Of a stretch of 64,000 bases of DNA, positions 48,979-57,030 are shown piece by piece. The stretch is from an uncultured Gemmatimonadales bacterium. Lineage in GTDB: Bacteria > Gemmatimonadota > Gemmatimonadetes > Longimicrobiales > RSA9. Each line of letters opens with the position of its first letter. Within the stretch, counting starts at the first letter, position 1. A program made the translations under genes and the position numbers. The notes under the pieces were generated by a model that worked only from the letters and a program-made list of their open reading frames with translations, was not told where the DNA came from and ran no database searches. The stretch covers positions 4,960,001 to 5,024,000 of the forward strand of contig OY970192.1 in assembly GCA_963708135.1 (NCBI GenBank). Reading direction: 5' to 3'.

Positions 48979-49899
48979 TCAGCCGGTCGCGAGCTCGGCC
49001 ACCTCCGCTCGCTCCTCCTCGCTCAGGCGCCATGCCGCGGCCTCGGCGTTCGAGCGCACCTGCGCCGGCTTCGTGGCCCCCGCGATCACCGAGGCGACGC
49101 TCCCGTGCGCCAGCAGCCACCCGACCGCGAGCTCCAGCAGCGTGTGGCCGCGCGCCTCCGCGAACTCGCGGAGCCGCTCGACCGCGTCCAGGTTCGACTC
49201 CGTCAGGAAGCGCTCGCCCAGCCGCGGCGTCGTCGCCAGCCTCGTCCCCTCCGGCGCCGGCCGGCCGCGCCGGTACTTCCCCGTCAGCACGCCGCTCGCC
49301 AGCGGGAAGTAGGGCAGGAACGCCAGCCCCAGCCGCTCGCACTCCTGGAGCACGCCCTCCTCCGGCGCGCGGTGCAGCAGGCTGTACTCGCTCTGCACGC
49401 TCACGAAGCGAGCCCCCGTGCCCGCAGCCGCCTCGGCCTCGCGCAGCCCTTCCGGCGTGAAGTTCGAGCAGCCGATCTCGCGCACCTTCCCCTCCCGCAC
49501 CAGCGCGTCGAGCGCCCCCAGCGTGTCGGCGATCGGCGTCTCGGGATCCGGCCTGTGCAGCTGGTACAGGTCGATCCGGTCCGTCCCCAGGCGACGCAGG
49601 CTGGCCTCCACCGCCCGGCGCACGTACGCGGGCCGGGCGCCCTTCCGATCCGGGCCCATCTCCGACCCGAACTTCGTCGCCAGCACCACACGCTCCCGGC
49701 GCCCCTCGAGCGCCCGCCCGAGGAACCGCTCGCTGTCCCCGCCGCCATAGGTGTCCGCCGTGTCGAAGAAGTCGACGCCAGCGTCCAGCGCCGCGTCCAC
49801 CACCGCCCGCGTCCCCTCGTAGTCCAGTCGCCCCCCGAAGTTGTTGCACCCCAGCCCGACCACCGAGACCGAGAGGGAGCCGATCGTTCGTCTGTCCAT
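48979..49899 (-). CDS. Aldo/keto reductase
   Basis: GLGCNNFG, DTADTYG, ATKFG, DLYQLH, PYFPLASG. Confidence 0.9.
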   Translation of the reverse strand: MDRRTIGSLSVSVVGLGCNNFGGRLDYEGTRAVVDAALDAGVDFFDTADTYGGGDSERFLGRALEGRRERVVLATKFGSEMGPDRKGARPAYVRRAVEASLRRLGTDRIDLYQLHRPDPETPIADTLGALDALVREGKVREIGCSNFTPEGLREAEAAAGTGARFVSVQSEYSLLHRAPEEGVLQECERLGLAFLPYFPLASGVLTGKYRRGRPAPEGTRLATTPRLGERFLTESNLDAVERLREFAEARGHTLLELAVGWLLAHGSVASVIAGATKPAQVRSNAEAAAWRLSEEERAEVAELATG

Positions 49900-50181
49900 C
49901 CGCCTCTGACCCTCCATTGCAGCGAAGAAGCGCCCGGCGCGGGCCCGTCCCGATTCACCGCGGCGACGCGTCGCGCCAGCGGGAACCTTGCCCCGCAACG
50001 TCCGATCCAGGATCCGGGGACGGTTGACCCCGCCTCCGATCCGACTGCCGGCGGGCCTCTCTCTCACAGAGGGCGCGATGCCGAACGTGCCGGCGGGCTT
50101 CTCTCTCGCAGAGGCGCGGAGGTCCGCGGAGTCGCGGAGAATTCTCCTCGGACGGCGCTCGCCGGCCGAATCCTCCCGTTC

Positions 50182-51666
50182 CTACCGCCCCGGCAGCGGC
50201 CACGCGACCGGGCTCTCCTCCCCCGTCCGCGACACTGCGGCGACGCCGAAGAAGTAGTTGTCGACGGGGATGTCCTCGAGCACGAACCGGTCCGCCTTCC
50301 CCGCCCACCGCCAGTGATCCCACGTCGGCGAGGTGGTCTCGCGCCAGTAGACCTTGTAGCCGGCCAGGTCGGGGTCGCTTCCGAGCTTCCACGTCAGCGT
50401 CGTGGATGGCCGCACCGCCCCGGCCACGTGCGCGCTGTCGGGCGGCGCGGGCGCCCAGGCCAGCGCAGCGAGCGACGCCACGTTCAGCGCCGTGACCTTC
50501 GCGAGGTACGGGAAGTCCACGCCGGAGAGCACGTCGCCGTAGGCGATGCCGTTCTCGGTCCGGATATCCTGGTGCTGCCTCGTGTAGTTCTCGTTCGGCT
50601 CCGTGAAGCGCACGGCCGCGAAGCCGTCGTTGTTGAAGGCGCTGTGGTCGCCGCCGCGGCCGAAGCGGTCGAGCCGGTAGATCATGGTGACGTCGAGGTT
50701 GGTGAGGTACGCGTCGGCGACGCCATCGACGTAGCGCGCCACCTCCCGCGACGGGCTGTCCACCTCGCCTCCGAAGACCCGCATCCGGCGGAGCTCCTGG
50801 AGCGTGGTGTTCGCCGCCGGGCTCTCCGAGAAGACGCGCACGTGCGTGTTGTCCACCACGTCGTCCTGGCCGTGGATGTTGCCGATGATGTCGTTGTTCA
50901 GCACCGCCTCGAGCTGCCACCCCGCCTCCTTCGCGCGCTCCGACATCAGCTGCCCGCCGTACAGCCCCTGCTCCTCCCCAGCCAGCGCGCCGAACGCGAT
51001 CGAGGCGGGGAAGCGCTGGTGCGAGAGCACCCGCGCCGCCTCGACGACCGCCATGGCGCCGCTGCCGTCGTCGTTCGCGCCCGGCGCGTCCGACGTGTCG
51101 TTCATGACGTCCGTCACGCGCGAGTCGTAGTGGCCCGTGATGGCGACGTAGCGGTTCGGGTCCGTCGTGCCCTTCAGCACCGCGACCACGTTCACCACGT
51201 TCACCCCCTGCGGCGAGCGCCGGCCGGTGAACACCTTCTGCTCGTAGGTCACCTCGAGACAGCCGCCGCACGCCTTCGAGACGCTGTCGAGCTGCGCCTT
51301 GATCCAGTGCCTTGCCGCCCCGATCCCGCGCGTCGGGGAGGTGGTGTCGGAGAGCGTGTTGCGGGTGCCGAACGCGACGAGCCGCCGCAGGCTCGCCTCC
51401 AGCCGCGCCTCGCTGACGTCGTCCGCGAAGGCGCGGATGCGCGGGTCACGGGCGGGCGGGAGGGTCGCCGCCGGCGGCCCCGACGCCGCGGCGGCCGCTC
51501 CGGCCCCTCGTTTCGGCGCAGGCGACTGCGCCGCCAGCGGCGCGGCGAGGCAGACGAGCAGCGCGCCCGGAAGGGCGCGTGCGGCGAGGGAACGTGCGGC
51601 GCGGGCACGTGCGCCGTGCGCGATGCGGACACCATGGGCGAGGCGGGGGTGGCGGTACCCGGGCAC
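50182..51666 (-). CDS. M28 family peptidase with C-terminal FN3-like domain
   Basis: GHYDS, GANDDGSG, GEEQGL, NNDIIG, GGDH; GTG start after GGAGG. Confidence 0.85.
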   Translation of the reverse strand: MPGYRHPRLAHGVRIAHGARARAARSLAARALPGALLVCLAAPLAAQSPAPKRGAGAAAAASGPPAATLPPARDPRIRAFADDVSEARLEASLRRLVAFGTRNTLSDTTSPTRGIGAARHWIKAQLDSVSKACGGCLEVTYEQKVFTGRRSPQGVNVVNVVAVLKGTTDPNRYVAITGHYDSRVTDVMNDTSDAPGANDDGSGAMAVVEAARVLSHQRFPASIAFGALAGEEQGLYGGQLMSERAKEAGWQLEAVLNNDIIGNIHGQDDVVDNTHVRVFSESPAANTTLQELRRMRVFGGEVDSPSREVARYVDGVADAYLTNLDVTMIYRLDRFGRGGDHSAFNNDGFAAVRFTEPNENYTRQHQDIRTENGIAYGDVLSGVDFPYLAKVTALNVASLAALAWAPAPPDSAHVAGAVRPSTTLTWKLGSDPDLAGYKVYWRETTSPTWDHWRWAGKADRFVLEDIPVDNYFFGVAAVSRTGEESPVAWPLPGR

Positions 51667-51789
51667 GAGGTCCTCCGGTGGCCTGTGGGTGATGGGATTT
51701 CGCGAAAGGCTACGGCCGAAAGGGGGGGAGGTCAATCGGAGACCCCGCCTTGCTCAGGCGCCGGGTCGCGACGCCATGGCTCCAGGCGG

Positions 51790-51805
51790 CGGCACGGCGT
51801 CTGCG
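51790..51805 (+). promoter_or_regulatory. Putative sigma54 promoter
   Basis: CGGCACGGCGTCTGCG (GGCACG-N4-CTGC) about 40 nt upstream of ATG 51844. Confidence 0.45.
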
Positions 51806-51843
51806 CGATCTCCTCCGGCCGTGCACCAGCCGGGAGGAGACCG

Positions 51844-52494
51844 ATGCCGAAGCCGACGCAGAAGGAGATCGCCCGCGCGCTGCTCGAGCGCCATGGCAGG
51901 ACGTTCGCCGCGGAGCTCGGCATCCGCATCGAGCGGACCACCCCCTCGCCCCTGTTCCGCCTGCTCTGCGCCGCGCTCCTCTTCAGCGCGCGCATCGGCG
52001 CCGATCTGGCCCTCGCGGCCGCGCGGGCGCTGGCCGATGCCGGGTGGACCACGCCGCGCAAGATGGCGGATGCCACCTGGGCGAGGCGCACGAAGGTGCT
52101 CAACCGGGCCGGCTACGCGCGCTATGACGAGAGCACGTCGCGCATGCTCGAGGACACGTCCGAGCTGCTGCTCGAGAAGTACCGCGGCGACCTGCGGAAG
52201 CTGCGCGAGGCCGCCGCGCGCGACCCCGTCGAGGAGGCCCGGCTGCTCCAGGAGTTCAAGGGCATCGGCCCCGTGGGCGCGGCCATCTTCCTCAGGGAGG
52301 TGCAGGGCGCCTGGGACGAGGTCTACCCGTTCGTGGACGACCCTGCCCGCGACGGCGCCCGGGCGCTGGGCCTGCCCACCGACGCCGCGTCGCTGGCGAA
52401 GCTGGTCTCCCGCGCCGACTTTCCCCGCCTCGTGGCCGCCCTCGTGCGCACCCGCCTGGCCGGCGACGCCGATGAGGTGCTCGCCGCCGCCTGA
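51844..52494 (+). CDS. HhH-GPD-like putative endonuclease/DNA glycosylase
   Basis: GGAGGAG RBS; PLFRLLCAALLFSARI, GYARYDE, HhH motif FKGIGPVGA. Confidence 0.7.
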   Translation: MPKPTQKEIARALLERHGRTFAAELGIRIERTTPSPLFRLLCAALLFSARIGADLALAAARALADAGWTTPRKMADATWARRTKVLNRAGYARYDESTSRMLEDTSELLLEKYRGDLRKLREAAARDPVEEARLLQEFKGIGPVGAAIFLREVQGAWDEVYPFVDDPARDGARALGLPTDAASLAKLVSRADFPRLVAALVRTRLAGDADEVLAAA

Positions 52495-52578
52495 GCCACC
52501 GCGCGTGAGGCTGAATGCGTCCTGTCCGCGCCGGATCGTCGCGCGCCGTCCGCGCCGCATCGGCCCGCGAGGGGAGGA

Positions 52579-52743
52579 AAGTCCCCACGCGTCGGCCCTT
52601 GAATCGACGATTGGGGACTTGACTGCGAATAGCGCGGCAAAGTCCCCAATCGTTCCCATGGTCCTGCGGCCCGTGGGGAGTTGACAACGAATAGCGCGGT
52701 CAACTCCCCAACCGTCGCCGAGCCGGGGCACGCGTGGGGAGTT
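52579..52743. repeat. Nested inverted-repeat (REP-like) element
   Basis: Perfect stems 52607-52620/52640-52653 and 52674-52685/52699-52710 inside outer pair 52582-52592/52730-52740. Confidence 0.8.
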
Positions 52744-52874
52744 CACGGCGGCCGGCGCACGCAGCGGCCGGGGCCCTGGCCGGCGCGACGCCGAACGGAT
52801 CCGCGACCCGGGGTGGGCGGGGCCGCGTGGGCCTGAATCCCGCCGCCGCGCGCGTGCTCCCACCCCGCAATCGC

Positions 52875-53927
52875 CTAGTCGTCCTGGTCAGCCGTGACGC
52901 CTTCGACGAGCGGAATCACCTCCTGCGCGAAGCGCTGCATCTCCTCCAGCTGTGGCGAGAACTGGAGGAGCAGCAGGTCGAGGCCGGCGTCCTCGAACGC
53001 GCGGATCCGCTCGGCGATCTGCTCGGGCGTGCCCACGAGCCCGCTGCGGAGCCCGCGGTTGGAGACCGAGTAGTCCTGGAGCGAGATGCGCTGCTCGAGC
53101 TTGGTGTTGCCGATCCAGTCCTGGTAGTTGGCGTAGCCGCGCGAGCTCTGGCGCACGTCGGTGATGCGCTCGACCTCGCGCGCGGCCTCCGCCTCCGTCG
53201 CCCGGCAGACCACGAAGCCGGCCGCGCCGAACGTGAGCGGCGCGAGGCCCTCGTGCACTGCCCGCCGCGCCCGCATGTCGGCGACCTTCGCCGCGATGCG
53301 CTCGGGCGGATCGCCGTGCATGACGTAGGCGTCGCAGGCCCGGGCGATGAGGGACTTGCCCGCTTCCGACTCGCCGCCGGCGTAGATGGTCGGGCGAGGT
53401 CGCCGCACCGGCTTCGGCTCGAGCGCCGTGTCCTCGACCGTATAGTACTTCCCCTCGTAGGAGAAGCGCGGCTGCTTCCACACGCCATCGACCACGTCGA
53501 GCCACTCGGCGGTGCGCGCGTAGCGATCGTCGTGCGGATCGAACTGTACGCCGTACTTGCGGGCCTCCGTTGCCCACCAGGCGGAGACGACGTTGAGCGC
53601 CAGCCGGCCGCCCGAGATGTGGTCGATGCAGGCCGCCTGCTTGGCGAGCAGCGCGGGCTGATGGAACGTGGGCCTCACGGCGACCATGAGCTCGAGCCGC
53701 TCCGTGACCGCCGCCAGCGCCGCGGCGGTCGTCCACGCGTCCAGCGAGGGCGCGTCCTCGCCCTTGATGTCGTTCAGGTTGAGCTCGGCGATGAGGGTCA
53801 GGTCGAAGCCGATCTGCTCGCTCGTACGGGCGAGGCGGGCGACGTAGTCCCACGTCGCCTGCATCCGCTCGTCCTCGACGTTCCGCAGCCAGCCGCCGAA
53901 TACCGGGAGCCAGTAGCCGTATCGCAT
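52875..53927 (-). CDS. LLM-class flavin-dependent monooxygenase (SsuD/SfnG-like)
   Basis: MRYGYWLPVFGGW, LAAVTERLELMVAVRP, GGRLALNVVS, YAGGES, LVGTPEQIA. Confidence 0.85.
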   Translation of the reverse strand: MRYGYWLPVFGGWLRNVEDERMQATWDYVARLARTSEQIGFDLTLIAELNLNDIKGEDAPSLDAWTTAAALAAVTERLELMVAVRPTFHQPALLAKQAACIDHISGGRLALNVVSAWWATEARKYGVQFDPHDDRYARTAEWLDVVDGVWKQPRFSYEGKYYTVEDTALEPKPVRRPRPTIYAGGESEAGKSLIARACDAYVMHGDPPERIAAKVADMRARRAVHEGLAPLTFGAAGFVVCRATEAEAAREVERITDVRQSSRGYANYQDWIGNTKLEQRISLQDYSVSNRGLRSGLVGTPEQIAERIRAFEDAGLDLLLLQFSPQLEEMQRFAQEVIPLVEGVTADQDD

Positions 53928-54889
53928 CACGCCGCCTCCCGCTCGAGCCAGTCCACGAGCCGCGCGAACGGGTCGAAGCCGACGACGCGCGGCGCGTCCG
54001 CCACGAAGTTCGAGAGCGCGTTCACGTCGTAGTAGACGAGCCGGTCGTCGCGCGCATCGACCATGTACTCGACGCCGCCGATCTCGATGCCCGCCGCGTC
54101 CATGATCCGCTCGACCGCGGCCACGACCTCGGGCGGCGGCTCGTAGCCCTCGACGCGCAGCCCGTTCTTCGGCGCATCGACCGCGCAGGCGGCGCGGGCG
54201 AGCTCCGCGCCGCCCACGGTCTGGCAGACGTCCGCGGGGCAGAGGTTGAAGGAGTCGCCGTCGGTGTAGATGCGGATGGCATAGAGGTAGCGCCCGCCCA
54301 GCACCTCGACACGCACGATGCGGCCGTCCTTCGCCGGGACGTACTCCTGCACGAGCGCGGTCGAGTCGATGCCCAGGTCGATCGCCCCCGCGGCGGCCGC
54401 CGCGGCGAGCTGCGCGGGCGTGTCGAAGCGCACGATGCCCGCGCCGCTGCCGCCGATGTTCGGCTTGACGACCACGGGGAAGCGCAGTCCCTCGGCCGCC
54501 GCGGTCGCGCGGCGGGGATCGCTGATCACTCTCGCCTTCGGGAAGGGCAGCCCCAGCTCCGCCAGCAGGTCGAGCTGGCGCGCCTTCGACAGCTCCGTCG
54601 TGAACGCGCGGTGGCCGTTCACCACCCGCACGCCGTGCCGCTCCAGGTGCGCCAGGTAGTGCAGCGTGTAGAAGATCGCCCGGCCGCGGCCGCGCAGATA
54701 CGCGGACGGGCTCATGCGGTTGAACACCAGCGCGTACGGCGGCGGCCCGTCGGACGGCTCGAAGAGGTGCTCGTCCGTGTGCAGCCGGACGTGCGGAATG
54801 CCCCGCCGCTCCAGCTCCGCGAAGAGCGGCTTGAACCAGTCCGGGTGCTCGTAGTAGACCGCCAGCGGGCGGCTCTCGGTGATCGGCAT
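53927..54889 (-). CDS. RimK-like ATP-grasp ligase
   Basis: FPVVVKPNIGGSGAGI, LVQEYVP, IGGVEY, YDVNALSNF; TGATG coupling to the LLM gene. Confidence 0.85.
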   Translation of the reverse strand: MPITESRPLAVYYEHPDWFKPLFAELERRGIPHVRLHTDEHLFEPSDGPPPYALVFNRMSPSAYLRGRGRAIFYTLHYLAHLERHGVRVVNGHRAFTTELSKARQLDLLAELGLPFPKARVISDPRRATAAAEGLRFPVVVKPNIGGSGAGIVRFDTPAQLAAAAAAGAIDLGIDSTALVQEYVPAKDGRIVRVEVLGGRYLYAIRIYTDGDSFNLCPADVCQTVGGAELARAACAVDAPKNGLRVEGYEPPPEVVAAVERIMDAAGIEIGGVEYMVDARDDRLVYYDVNALSNFVADAPRVVGFDPFARLVDWLEREAA

Positions 54890-54902
54890 GGGCTCCTGGG
54901 GG

Positions 54903-54942
54903 CTCGGGTTCGGGACTCGGGACTCGGGATTCGGGACTCGGA
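54903..54942. repeat. Heptamer tandem repeat (TCGGGAC-like)
   Basis: CTCGGGTTCGGGACTCGGGACTCGGGATTCGGGACTCGGA. Confidence 0.7.
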
Positions 54943-54946
54943 CACG

Positions 54947-54984
54947 AAAAAAAACCCGGCCCTCTCGCGGGGAGAGGGCCGGGT
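54947..54984 (-). terminator. Intrinsic terminator inside the 5' leader (attenuator 3:4 stem)
   Basis: Minus strand ACCCGGCCCTCTC-CCCGC-GAGAGGGCCGGG followed by 8 T. Confidence 0.9.
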
Positions 54985-55006
54985 CGGTCCGCCGAGCTTC
55001 GCTCGG

Positions 55007-55120
55007 CTAGCGCATGCCACCCGCACGCGCGCCGCCCGTCTCTCCCACGGGAGAGCCGCGCATGCACATGCAACACGCGCACATGGGCAGGGCGTTCGGC
55101 GTTCGGTGGCTTCCGTTCAT
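55007..55120 (-). CDS. Cys/Met-rich attenuator leader peptide (37 aa)
   Basis: MNGSHRTPNALPMCACCMCMRGSPVGETGGARAGGMR*; 7 of 8 consecutive codons (55061-55084) are Cys or Met; stop lies 22 nt before the terminator stem. Confidence 0.8.
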   Translation of the reverse strand: MNGSHRTPNALPMCACCMCMRGSPVGETGGARAGGMR

Positions 55121-55160
55121 GATCGCTCGGGTTCGATGGACACCACGGGCACGGCCGACC

Positions 55161-55189
55161 ATTCTCGCGAATCCTGGTCGCCGGCGCAA
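55161..55189 (-). promoter_or_regulatory. Putative sigma70 promoter of the leader (TTGCGC-N17-GAGAAT)
   Basis: -35 at 55184-55189, -10 at 55161-55166, 17-nt spacer. Confidence 0.45.
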
Positions 55190-55221
55190 GGTTCCGCGAG
55201 GCGACGTCGCCTCGTGGCCGT

Positions 55222-56877
55222 CTACTTCTCGAGTGTTCCGACCGCGCCACCGCCCGCGACGGGGGGGGCGCTCCGGGGCACCGCGCGCATTGCGGCGCTC
55301 GTCGTGGTCGCGTTCTGCTGCGTGGTCAACGCGCCGAGCGTGCCGTCGTTCGCGAGGTTGAAGACCACCGACGCGAAGGCCCTGGACACGGTCTCGAGCA
55401 CGTCTGGATCGTTGTCGTCGAGGTTGTCGCACCACAGGAAGGGCCGATCCACGCACCCGCCATCGGTGCTCGGGATGTTGCCCTCGTAGTTGCCCGTGGA
55501 GCCGCCGAACAGGTCGACATCCGCTTGCGGCTTGCAGCAGTCCTGCCCGGTCAGGATGCCGGTGTTGGGCACGCCGACGAGGCCGAAGGAATAGGAGTCG
55601 GTGCCGATGCTGCTCCGGTACTCGAAGGGCAGCCCCATCCGGGTGAAGTAGCTCGCGAAGTAGTCGTTGCCGACCTTCGACCCCGGAATCACGTTGGGCG
55701 GGAACTTGGTCTGGGAGTTTGCGGGATCCGCAATGGCGTACACGTAGTTCGGCGTCGCGGTGACGTCGGCATCGACATCGAAGGCGATCCTGGCGAGCTC
55801 GTCCGCCGGGAGGTGCCTCGTGTAGTATACGGATCCGAACAATCCCAGCTCCTCGCCGCCGAACCAGATGTAGCGCAGCTGATTGCGGGTCCTCGTGTTC
55901 GCCATCCTGAGCGCGATCTCGAGGATCGTGGCCGACCCGGAGGCGTTGTCGAGCATCCCCGCCCCGTAGATGGCGTCGAGGTGCGCATCGACCACGACCA
56001 CGTGACTCGAATCGCCGTACGGCGAGTCGGCGATCAGGTTGTAGTCCTCCCGATTGGGATCGATGATCGACTTGACCTCCAGGTGTACCGTGACCGGGCC
56101 CGATTTCGCCTGTGAATCGAGGCTGTCCCCAACGGCGTAGGAGGCCAGGCAGACGACGGGTACGCCGTGATCCTGGAGTCCACACCAGGTGCCTGCCGCG
56201 GTGCGCCCGGTCTGGCCCTCGTTGAAGATGATCACGCCGGATGCCTTCGCCGCGACCGCCAGCGTCACCTTCTGATCGAAGGTGCAGGTCCCCCGCTGTA
56301 CGAGGGCGATGTTGCCCGGCGGGAAACCCGTGAAATCCGACGCGCTGCACCCGCTGGCCGAGCTCGGGCTCGCCGTCGCGGGTATGACAATGCCCCCGGC
56401 CGGCGTGATCGCGGCCGTCACATCGCCATCGCCGGAGCCGGCCTGCACGGCGAAATCCGACGGCAGCCTGAAGTCCCGTGCAGTCGGCGAGACCTCGGCG
56501 AAGGCCGGCGTGCCGTCCAGCGCCGTGTACGGGAAGGTGTAGCTCTGGATCGTCACCCTGTAGCCGGCGTCGCGCATCAGGCCGGCGACGTAGTTGACGG
56601 ACGCCAGGTACCCCGGCTCGCCGGAATTGCGCGAGGCGTGCCCGTCGGGGCCGGGGTTGGCATCCGCGATCTGCTGGAACGTCACCATGTGCGCCCAGAG
56701 CTCGTCCTTGTTGATGGATGCGAGGAGCCTGGACTCCGCGCTGTCGCGAGCGGCGCTCGTGGTGTCCACGACCGTGGTGTCGCCGCCCGGGGGCTGCGCC
56801 GTGTCCGTAATCGTGGGCGCGCGGTCGCAGCCGACGAGAGCGAGCACCGCCACGGCGGTCAGGAATCTATTCGACAT
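55222..56877 (-). CDS. M28 aminopeptidase with PA domain (lipoprotein)
   Basis: Lipobox LVGC, PA domain (SGCSASDF, IALVQRGTCTF), AHLD, DNASGS, GEELGL. Confidence 0.85.
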   Translation of the reverse strand: MSNRFLTAVAVLALVGCDRAPTITDTAQPPGGDTTVVDTTSAARDSAESRLLASINKDELWAHMVTFQQIADANPGPDGHASRNSGEPGYLASVNYVAGLMRDAGYRVTIQSYTFPYTALDGTPAFAEVSPTARDFRLPSDFAVQAGSGDGDVTAAITPAGGIVIPATASPSSASGCSASDFTGFPPGNIALVQRGTCTFDQKVTLAVAAKASGVIIFNEGQTGRTAAGTWCGLQDHGVPVVCLASYAVGDSLDSQAKSGPVTVHLEVKSIIDPNREDYNLIADSPYGDSSHVVVVDAHLDAIYGAGMLDNASGSATILEIALRMANTRTRNQLRYIWFGGEELGLFGSVYYTRHLPADELARIAFDVDADVTATPNYVYAIADPANSQTKFPPNVIPGSKVGNDYFASYFTRMGLPFEYRSSIGTDSYSFGLVGVPNTGILTGQDCCKPQADVDLFGGSTGNYEGNIPSTDGGCVDRPFLWCDNLDDNDPDVLETVSRAFASVVFNLANDGTLGALTTQQNATTTSAAMRAVPRSAPPVAGGGAVGTLEK

Positions 56878-57030
56878 GAAGCTCACTTGAAGAGGATCGA
56901 CGACCGCACGCCTGTCCCGTGGAGTGGGCGCCCCGAGGACGCTTGAATCTACGGCCGGGGTGGGCACATTGTTCCGCACGCGGCCCGTCCGCCGCGGCGC
57001 TGGGGATGGAGTAGCGAAGCGGCGCCGTGT

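Noticed and set aside
55007..55120. Leader peptide as a RiPP (graspetide) precursor or metallothionein for the adjacent ATP-grasp enzyme
   Set aside because: It lacks Lys/Asp-containing graspetide core motifs, and the Cys/Met tract is positioned exactly against mutually exclusive hairpins and a terminator, which fits attenuation better. Not formally excluded.
55222..56877. Second horizontally acquired islet (peptidase gene looks slightly less GC-rich)
   Set aside because: The shift is mild by eye, affects one gene and has no mobility signatures; it needs a codon-usage calculation.
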